From Candidatus Latescibacterota bacterium (lineage in GTDB: Bacteria; Latescibacterota; UBA2968; UBA8231), in the NCBI GenBank assembly GCA_965203175.1, contig OZ241867.1, forward strand, positions 4,800,001 through 4,864,000: a stretch of 64,000 bases of DNA, read 5' to 3'. Position 1 is the first letter of the stretch. Each line of letters opens with the position of its first letter. This document shows positions 57,031-64,000 of this stretch, one piece after another. The notes beneath the pieces are model-generated. The model had not been told where the DNA came from, did not search any database, and worked only from the letters and a program-made list of their open reading frames with translations. The translations under genes were made by a program, and so were the position numbers.

Positions 57031-57992
57031 CGCCGCTTCTGCTCCACCGACCGATACGCCGCTTCGGTGAATTTGGCTACTGCCACGGCAAAATCCGGCC
57101 GTTCATAGCCCTTGCCGCCGTTGCGAATCCAGCGCAAAAAGGCCGCGTCCGGCGTATCTTCCCGCACCCGCTTGGGCACTTCCAATGGCTTCCCATTCAG
57201 CAACACTTCCCGCACCTCCCACTGGTGTAAATGAAAAACCAAGGTTCCCTTGTCGCCGTGGATGGACAGCCGCTCGTCGTGCCGGCTCGCGCTGCCGACA
57301 AAGCTCAGCGACCCCAGCGCGCCGCCGCGAAACCGCGCATTGACTACGGCATCCATATCCACCCGCTTGCCCCGCTTGTCCATGAAGGCCGAGACCTTTA
57401 CCGGCGTCAAACCAGTAATCCACAGAACCGCGGCTACCAAGTGACTGCCGGTGTCCATGAACATCCCACCTCCTGCCAACTCGGGTACCGTCCGCCATCC
57501 CCTGCCACCCCAATTTTGCGTCACGTACGCGACGACTCCCTTGAGCTCGCCGAGCGCCCCCTTCTGCACCAGCTCCCGCGCATAGGCATACGCCGGGTAA
57601 AAATTTCGTTGATAGCTAACGACCAACACGCGCTCCCGCTCAGCAGCCAGATCGATTAGCGCCTGGGCGTGGCGCGCCTTTGTCGTCAGAGGTTTCTCGA
57701 CCAAAACGTGCAGATCGCGCTCTAGCGCATAGCGTGCCTGCGAGTAGTGAGTCGAGTGCGGCGAAGAAATCAACACCCCGTCAAGCGCTTCTGCGACAAT
57801 CATCTGCCGGTAGTCGGCGTAATATGCAGCCTCAGCTCCCCACGCTTCCAGCAATTGCCGCGCCGATGCCTCCTCAGGGTCGGCAACCGCCACCAGCTCT
57901 ACGCGGCCATCGACTTTTAGCCGGGGAATGTGCGCACCGCGCATGTTGCCGCCACAGCCGATTAGGCCGACGCGAATTTTCCTTTTTGCCAT
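57027..57992 (-). CDS. Gfo/Idh/MocA oxidoreductase
   Basis: VGLIGCG, HVLVEKP, GGGMFMDTGSH. Confidence 0.92.
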   Translation of the reverse strand: MAKRKIRVGLIGCGGNMRGAHIPRLKVDGRVELVAVADPEEASARQLLEAWGAEAAYYADYRQMIVAEALDGVLISSPHSTHYSQARYALERDLHVLVEKPLTTKARHAQALIDLAAERERVLVVSYQRNFYPAYAYARELVQKGALGELKGVVAYVTQNWGGRGWRTVPELAGGGMFMDTGSHLVAAVLWITGLTPVKVSAFMDKRGKRVDMDAVVNARFRGGALGSLSFVGSASRHDERLSIHGDKGTLVFHLHQWEVREVLLNGKPLEVPKRVREDTPDAAFLRWIRNGGKGYERPDFAVAVAKFTEAAYRSVEQKRR

Positions 57993-58000
57993 TGCGTCCT

Positions 58001-58016
58001 CTTAATCTACTAGGTT
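58001..58016. repeat. Direct repeat, left border of the ATPase-PIN cassette
   Basis: cttaatctactaggtt compared with ctcaatctactaggtt at 59931-59946. Confidence 0.75.
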
Positions 58017-58051
58017 GTAGTAGGGGCCTTCCCAAGCGGAGAATAAGAATC

Positions 58052-58552
58052 TCAGCCGAGGAAAGCATTAGGTTCATTATCTGGCTCTCGCGCTTTGAGC
58101 CTTTGATCCTTTGTCCAGATATGTACTCGCCATGCTTGGCCCCTATAAGTGGTCTGACGAAGACGATCTGCCTCGTCAATGAGAGAGGTATCAACAAGGC
58201 TCATCCCTTCTTCACCAGAGTGTTCAACAAAGCCGTTTATAAGTCTCTCTACTGCGCTCCTGTCAATTGGTGGCAAAAGATTCCAAGGAAGACCTTCACG
58301 GATGCTGGAGACTACGGTATCCCTGAGCTTCATCGATAGCTTTCTTCGTGACCTACCATCTGGTACATCGGCGATGTGGCCTGCCAGTTCAAAGATTGCC
58401 GGCAGGCTAACGTACAATCTCGTCTCAGCCTCTACCGCGACTGCAAAACGCTTTCTTACCTCAGAGATCGCCTCTGCTGTGGAATAGTGGGGCACAGCAA
58501 AAAGCTCGCAGAGATAGCTTGTATCTACCACGTAAACCGGGGTGACCGTCAC
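58052..58552 (-). CDS. PIN-domain protein
   Basis: VVDTS, IFEL, SLVD, IWTKD acidic quartet; GTGA coupling to the ATPase stop. Confidence 0.8.
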   Translation of the reverse strand: MTVTPVYVVDTSYLCELFAVPHYSTAEAISEVRKRFAVAVEAETRLYVSLPAIFELAGHIADVPDGRSRRKLSMKLRDTVVSSIREGLPWNLLPPIDRSAVERLINGFVEHSGEEGMSLVDTSLIDEADRLRQTTYRGQAWRVHIWTKDQRLKAREPDNEPNAFLG

Positions 58553-59832
58553 GACAAGTCCTCTAGCCAAGCCAGCGTCTTCTTCTTTTGCTGTTCCTCA
58601 AATTCTGGAGCCAGATACTGATCAACAACCCGTCGCGTCACCAGATCGCCAAGGCGACCGCGCTCTAGGAACTCGTCGTATCGAGGCAGTTCGTCGAGCC
58701 GAACTAGGCTGGCGCTCTCATTCTCGTCGTCCCAAGTACATAAGACCACTCCATCTAGCTGTTCTCGCGTGAGAAAGTTCATAGTGGCTGGATTGTGCGT
58801 GGTTACCAAAACCCGCAAACGGCGATTTTTGGCGACTTCGGTAATGGCTTCAGTGAGAACCCCAACTCGACTAGGGTGCAGTCCGTTATCAAACTCCTCA
58901 ACAACGATACGAGAGCCTTCGGAGACCGTCTCAAACGCAGTGAGAATCGCCAGTGTTCGCAGGGTTCCATCCGATAAAACACGCGCATCAACTTTGTATC
59001 CTGAACTCTCTTGAAAGCCAAAAACCACGTCTCCCAAATCTGTCAGTGTGAAGTCGAACCCCACATAAGGCTCGTCAGGCAACTGACGAATTTTCTTAAG
59101 AAGCCGTTGTAAGGTCGCTCGCTGATCTTCATCTCCCTTGCTGAGTCCATACAAAACGGCCGACAGATTGGAGCCATTCCTCTTCAGAATGGTGTCTCCA
59201 ACGCGTTCATAGCTGTGGATCAGCTTAGGGTCGGGATCAAAGACAAAAGACGCTTGCAGGTGCAACATGATGCCCTGTACGGCCTGAAGCCAATTCTTGT
59301 ACGATAGATTATTCGAGGCGGCGAATTCTCGATATTGTGATAGCACGGATCGGTCCGAGGACACCTGTACTTGCGGCTTTCTGCCGCCTCGTGCGAAATT
59401 GTCGTACTGGACCGTGAGATCACGGGATGTAGAATCCGGCTGTTTAGGTACGGTCTTATAAAGCGTCCGGTTTCCAACCTTGAGCCCCTCGTCTATAATC
59501 TGCGGAGACGGGCGTGTGCAGATTTTAACGTCATATCGAAACGGGCGTGGCTCGCCTTTAAACATGACATTTGCTGAGAAACCGAGTTGGAACCGATCTT
59601 TCCCCTCCCGTCCACAAGCCTGCAATCCGCCCCGTACTTCAAGGCCACTACTTCCCCTCCCAATGTCGCCGATCTCGTATAGCGGCTGCCCACGAGCGAC
59701 GAAGGACAGCAGTTCAATCGCCTCAATGACGTTACTCTTTCCGGATCCGTTAGGGCCTATTAGCAAGCTGAACGGTTTGAGCAGGTCAATCTGGGCGTCG
59801 GCAAATCCCTTGTAGTTTCTTAGATGGTGCAT
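58549..59832 (-). CDS. ABC-type (AAA_21/RecF-like) ATPase without TM domain
   Basis: NYKGF, GPNGSGKSN, LSDGT, VVEEFDNGLHP, VTTH. Confidence 0.9.
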   Translation of the reverse strand: MHHLRNYKGFADAQIDLLKPFSLLIGPNGSGKSNVIEAIELLSFVARGQPLYEIGDIGRGSSGLEVRGGLQACGREGKDRFQLGFSANVMFKGEPRPFRYDVKICTRPSPQIIDEGLKVGNRTLYKTVPKQPDSTSRDLTVQYDNFARGGRKPQVQVSSDRSVLSQYREFAASNNLSYKNWLQAVQGIMLHLQASFVFDPDPKLIHSYERVGDTILKRNGSNLSAVLYGLSKGDEDQRATLQRLLKKIRQLPDEPYVGFDFTLTDLGDVVFGFQESSGYKVDARVLSDGTLRTLAILTAFETVSEGSRIVVEEFDNGLHPSRVGVLTEAITEVAKNRRLRVLVTTHNPATMNFLTREQLDGVVLCTWDDENESASLVRLDELPRYDEFLERGRLGDLVTRRVVDQYLAPEFEEQQKKKTLAWLEDLS

Positions 59833-59930
59833 GTAGTCGCTCTCCTGAAATGTGCTTTTCTCCGCAGAGAATCTCCTGCGGTGCGACTGTGCAATTTACA
59901 TAGATCTACGGGGTGGCTCCGCCTCGGCGT

Positions 59931-59946
59931 CTCAATCTACTAGGTT
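59931..59946. repeat. Direct repeat, right border of the ATPase-PIN cassette (equals the 3' end of the upstream gene)
   Basis: 13-bp exact core aatctactaggtt (59934-59946 = 58004-58016). Confidence 0.75.
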
Positions 59947-60729
59947 AAAAAGCGGCGCGACCCCACCGAACATCCCCGGAAAGCGAAAGACTGCCTCGTC
60001 TTGATCGCGGATGCGGTCGAGGACTGCCTCGTCGAGCAAGGCGCGCTGGCGGTCGAAAAGGGCTTGCTCCTCTGCGACCGCGTACGAACCCTCGCACCGC
60101 GCCTGCTCTTGCGCAGCGGCAATTTCAGGATCGCCAGCCAGTTTTTCCGCCATAGTTCCCAAGAAGCGTTCCAGCAATGGCCGATGTCCGCCGTCGGCCG
60201 CCTTTGCAGCCGCCGCGTCAAAGGCGGCATGGCATTTCACCAAGCGCTCGCGCCAGTCGTCGGGCACCTCGCCGTCGAGCGTGAAGGGCGCGGCGTGACC
60301 CAAAAGCGGCGTGCGGTCCTCGGTCTGGAAAGCCACGAGTACGCAATGATGCTCCAAGGACCGAGCGCGGAACCGGACAACGCTCCCCGGCTCAATATCG
60401 GCGATCTCGCCAGCAGCGAGTGGCTGCGTTTCTACCCCGTCCATGGAGAGCACGTCTAGATACGCCTCGGCGCAAAAGTGGGCGATAATATGCTCGCGGG
60501 GTCGCCCTTGTATCCCGCAGCGCCCAAAAGGAAGCGAATACACCCAGTCGCTCTCAGTCGCGCCCTGGCCTTTGACGCGCAATTGGCACAAGGCGCGGCA
60601 AAGGCGCTCGGCCTCGCCCGCCGCATCCGTAGGCTTCGGCACGACCGCCCCCGCTGCATCCACTTCCACCCGATAAGGCACTCCGTACCCAAACAGCCGC
60701 GCCCTCAACGGATCACCCATCTCGTCCAT
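59932..60729 (-). CDS. Hypothetical protein
   Basis: 265-aa ORF overlapping the 3' end of the DegT gene. Confidence 0.7.
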   Translation of the reverse strand: MDEMGDPLRARLFGYGVPYRVEVDAAGAVVPKPTDAAGEAERLCRALCQLRVKGQGATESDWVYSLPFGRCGIQGRPREHIIAHFCAEAYLDVLSMDGVETQPLAAGEIADIEPGSVVRFRARSLEHHCVLVAFQTEDRTPLLGHAAPFTLDGEVPDDWRERLVKCHAAFDAAAAKAADGGHRPLLERFLGTMAEKLAGDPEIAAAQEQARCEGSYAVAEEQALFDRQRALLDEAVLDRIRDQDEAVFRFPGMFGGVAPLFNLVD

Positions 60730-62005
60730 CCTCTAGCAGTTCCTCGGCGCACTCGGCCACCTTGCGGAAGGCCGTAGCGTATTGCCCGATGATTGTGGCA
60801 TCGTAGTGCTTAAACCACGGAATCGAATAGATGCGGCCGGTCATGTGCTCAGTCACCGGCAGGCTGCCCGACGCCTGTCGCAGGTCGCGGTTGGAGTGGG
60901 CGATGCGCGTGGGTTGGCCGTGTCCGTAGATATCGGCCTCGTTGAGCACCGGGTGCAAATGCATCAACTCATTGGCACCTGGCATGATCCTGTACGCCCC
61001 GGTCTCGGCCGTAACCGCCGCGCAGAAGCGCCCGACCGGCAGGCCGGCTAATTCCTCGGGCGCGTACAATCCCTTAGCCGCGTACCATCCGCCCATCGTC
61101 GAACCACTGTCGGCCGGCGGCCGATGCGCCTTGATCCCCGGGACGCCTTCGAGCAGGTCCCAGAAGTAATTCATCGCCCGCTGGATCTCCTGCATCCGCT
61201 CGTCGTAGTACTTTAGCTGGATGCGACCTACGGCTGAAGACAACTGATGCATCCGGTACTTGTACCCGCCCAGCGGCATCCCGGCAAAAGGCTTTAGCGT
61301 AGGATCTTCTAGGGAACGGGTACGCTCATAGTGTCCGAAGGCCGCAGCGCGCTCGTACAGAGCTTGGTCGTCGGTGACCATAAAGCCACCTTCGCCGCAG
61401 GCCAGCGACTTGCCCGACATAATCGACATGGCACCGATGTGGCCGATTGTGCCTAGCAGCCGCCCTTTGTAGAGTCCTCCTTGAGCATGCGAGACATCTT
61501 CAATCACCTTCAGCCCATGCCGCTCGGCAATCTCCATAATCGGATCCATATCGGCTGGATAGGCGCAGTAATGCACGGGGACAATGGCCCTCGTCCGCTC
61601 GGTAATGCGATGCTCGATATCGTCGGGGTCCATCGTCAGGGTGTCGGGGTCGATTTCGGAAAACACCACCGTCCCCCCTAGCGAGAATACCTGGAGTGAC
61701 GTGCCCCAAAAGGTCATGCTCTGCGAGATGATCTCGTCGCCAACGCCGACGCCGCAGGCCCACAGCGCGGCCTGGATCGCCGACGTGCCCGTGTTGTGGC
61801 AGAGGGCGTGCTGCAAGCCAAAGTAGGACTTCAGGTCCTCTTCAAAGTCCAAGGTTAGGTCCCAACCCGACATCGCCCCGCGACGCAGCACGTCCAGCAC
61901 GGCTGCCTCGTCTTCGGCGGTGATGATCGGCCAGCGAAAAATATCGCCCTCGTCGGCAGTGACGGCCTTGGGGCCGCCGAAAAAGGCCAACTTGCTCATC
62001 GCCAT
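60713..62005 (-). CDS. DegT/DnrJ/EryC1/StrS aminotransferase, second copy
   Basis: TGTSAI, IVPVH, IEDVSHA.G, SIMSGKSLACGEGG. Confidence 0.9.
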   Translation of the reverse strand: MAMSKLAFFGGPKAVTADEGDIFRWPIITAEDEAAVLDVLRRGAMSGWDLTLDFEEDLKSYFGLQHALCHNTGTSAIQAALWACGVGVGDEIISQSMTFWGTSLQVFSLGGTVVFSEIDPDTLTMDPDDIEHRITERTRAIVPVHYCAYPADMDPIMEIAERHGLKVIEDVSHAQGGLYKGRLLGTIGHIGAMSIMSGKSLACGEGGFMVTDDQALYERAAAFGHYERTRSLEDPTLKPFAGMPLGGYKYRMHQLSSAVGRIQLKYYDERMQEIQRAMNYFWDLLEGVPGIKAHRPPADSGSTMGGWYAAKGLYAPEELAGLPVGRFCAAVTAETGAYRIMPGANELMHLHPVLNEADIYGHGQPTRIAHSNRDLRQASGSLPVTEHMTGRIYSIPWFKHYDATIIGQYATAFRKVAECAEELLEDGRDG

Positions 62006-62028
62006 ATTAAGTCCGCTCCTTCCGCGTG

Positions 62029-63015
62029 CTAAGAACCCGTAATTTTGCGCAGCCGCGCTTGCGTCGGCATGTAGTTGCTCTCCCACACCTGCTGCACTAC
62101 CCCGTCGGCGATATAGGCCAAGCGCGGATAGCCGTGGCCAAAGGTCAGGCGGAGGAAGTCCGTCTGCGATATATTGGCAATGTCAAAGCGAGGTTGCAGC
62201 CGCTTTTTGAAATCGACCATATCTGGTGAGTCGAGGCCGTGCTTGGTCAGGGCGATGAGCCGCGGCAACTGGGGGTCTTGCGCGAGGACGTTCATCTTGG
62301 GGACGGCGTTTTGGCAGTGGCTGCACGTGGGGCTGAACAATTCGATCAGGTATTCGCCCTGCATCAGATCCACATCCACGCCTTTAAGCGCCAAGCCGGA
62401 GAGCCGCACCCCGCTTTTGAGGTCCGACTGCTGGATGCGCTCTAGCTCGGGAAAAAACCGCACGCTACCCATTGCTAGTCCGACGACGAGTGCGCTTAAC
62501 ACCATCCGACTCGCCAGCGGCCAGACGGGCGCGCCGCCTGCTCCCCACCAATTGGGACGACCAGCCGCGGGCGCGGTGTTTGCACTGCGGCGCATTCTCC
62601 ACCAAGCAAACAGCAGCACTGCCAGCATCGCGCCATCTTCTATGGCCGCTTCCCCCGGGCTGCGCTCGAGGAGGGCACCAAAGCAGCCGCAGTCTATCGA
62701 GGCCCCCATGTGCCAAGCCTTGGCCGTCAGCGCGGTAAACGCGGCCATCAGCACCGTCGCCACCGGCAAGCACAGCCGCGGCTGCCAGTTGAGCAGCAGC
62801 GCCCAGCCGAGGACGAATTCAATCGGCCCCAATGCGATGGCCGCCTTGGCGGCTGCCGACGCGGACTCCCATTCCACTATCCCGAGCATCTGCACATGGG
62901 GAATGGCCTCCCAATAAGAAAGCACCGGCTCCCATGTCTTACTCGCTCCAGCGACTATATACACGACTCCAACAATCATTTGGCCGACGCGTGCGGCCTT
63001 GCTTATACCATCCAT
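62029..63015 (-). CDS. MauE/DoxX membrane domain fused to a thioredoxin-like domain
   Basis: TM helices with DCGCFG; C-terminal FSPTCSHC and GYP. Confidence 0.8.
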   Translation of the reverse strand: MDGISKAARVGQMIVGVVYIVAGASKTWEPVLSYWEAIPHVQMLGIVEWESASAAAKAAIALGPIEFVLGWALLLNWQPRLCLPVATVLMAAFTALTAKAWHMGASIDCGCFGALLERSPGEAAIEDGAMLAVLLFAWWRMRRSANTAPAAGRPNWWGAGGAPVWPLASRMVLSALVVGLAMGSVRFFPELERIQQSDLKSGVRLSGLALKGVDVDLMQGEYLIELFSPTCSHCQNAVPKMNVLAQDPQLPRLIALTKHGLDSPDMVDFKKRLQPRFDIANISQTDFLRLTFGHGYPRLAYIADGVVQQVWESNYMPTQARLRKITGS

Positions 63016-63028
63016 AATTAAGTGCTCC

Positions 63029-64000
63029 TCAGTTGGTCAATTCGGCGAATACGGCAGAGAATACGCGCCGCGTCTGTTCCATGCATGCCTCCACCTCGTC
63101 CTGGAAGGCCGCTACGTCTTCAGTGCCGAGAGCGCGGCTCAATATCTCCAACTCCCGGCCGGTCGGCAGGGCGTCGCTGGCCCTTTCGCTGGCGAGCCGC
63201 ATGCCCTTTTCCACGGCCCGCAGATACTCGTACGCGTCGAGGAGAAAGTGGCCTCGCTCCGGGTCTAAATAGTCCTGCTCGACGAGTAGCTGCAGCGCGT
63301 GTCTCGTGCTGCCTACGCGCAAGCCCCGGTCTCGATAGCCCCACTTCAGCACTAGTACCTGCGCCACAAACTCAATATCGACAATGCCGCCCGGACCGCG
63401 CTTGATGTTGATGCGCGTTTGGCGCTTGCCCTGCGGCTCCATCCGCTGGCGCATCTCCTGCATCTGCGCGACCAAGGCCGCGTCCACTTCCCGACTGTAA
63501 ACGAAGCGCTCAATCGCCCGCAAGACCCGCGCGCCGAACTCGGCATCGCCGGCCACTTGGCGCGCGCGACTCAGCGCCATCCGCTCCCAAGTAGCCGCCC
63601 GCTGCGCTAAGTAGCGGCGGTAGCCGACCAACGAGATAGCCATAGGGGCGCTGGCCCCTTCGGGTCGCAACCGCGCATCCACCGAGTACAGCCCCTCCTC
63701 GGCCAACAGGGCGATCAGATGCTGGCTGAACTCAATGAAAAATACACTATTAGGCACGCCGCGGCGCGTCTTGCCGTCGCTTTCGTACACGAAAAACAAA
63801 TCCAAATCCGAACCAAAATCCACCTCGCGGCCCCCAAACTTGCCGGCGGCCAATACAGCGAACCGCACGTCGCGGCCCTGCCGGTTGCGCGGCTTGCCCC
63901 ACCGCCGCACTAACGGACGCCAAGCCAGCCGATAAACTGCTTGCAACACGTCTTCACCCAACTCCGTCAACCGCAGGAAGGTCTCCTCCTCAGTCGCCAA
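63029..64000 (-). CDS. glnE: Glutamine synthetase adenylyltransferase, C-terminal part (continues beyond the window)
   Basis: GKFGGRE...GSDLDL, VDARLRPEG, WERMAL.RAR, IKRGPGGIVDIEF. Confidence 0.93.
   Translation of the reverse strand: MATEEETFLRLTELGEDVLQAVYRLAWRPLVRRWGKPRNRQGRDVRFAVLAAGKFGGREVDFGSDLDLFFVYESDGKTRRGVPNSVFFIEFSQHLIALLAEEGLYSVDARLRPEGASAPMAISLVGYRRYLAQRAATWERMALSRARQVAGDAEFGARVLRAIERFVYSREVDAALVAQMQEMRQRMEPQGKRQTRINIKRGPGGIVDIEFVAQVLVLKWGYRDRGLRVGSTRHALQLLVEQDYLDPERGHFLLDAYEYLRAVEKGMRLASERASDALPTGRELEILSRALGTEDVAAFQDEVEACMEQTRRVFSAVFAELTN

Noticed and set aside
1-64000. tRNA, rRNA, IS or integrase genes
   Set aside because: None recognised by eye; tRNAscan-SE, Infernal and ISEScan would be needed to exclude them formally

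Overview
This 64-kb window is GC-rich bacterial chromosome. Its gene content suggests an FCB-group organism such as Latescibacterota (inference only): six PhyH-family dioxygenases, FlgD-Ig/CTD-tailed secreted proteins, FG-GAP and GH-like proteins, and UxuA, enolase and DegT paralogues. No rRNA, tRNA, CRISPR array, integrase or transposase was recognised. The main points of interest are: (1) an AT-richer cassette, dam-like MTase + ParB/Srx-domain protein + PRTase-like protein (493-3142). It lies between a clear DUF1156 methyltransferase relic and a possible SNF2-helicase relic, is bracketed by degenerate direct repeats, and is a candidate undescribed defence system. (2) Three tandem PhyH-fold genes in which the Fe-binding HxD is replaced by HxA/HxG, the Fe/2OG halogenase signature. 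(3) An ABC-type ATPase + PIN cassette inserted into an operon with a duplicated gene 3' end. (4) Four TlpA-like paralogues with a variable-copy ~31-aa internal repeat, around a YtrA-like GntR/ABC module. (5) Three type II toxin-antitoxin pairs and several gene relics or deletions.
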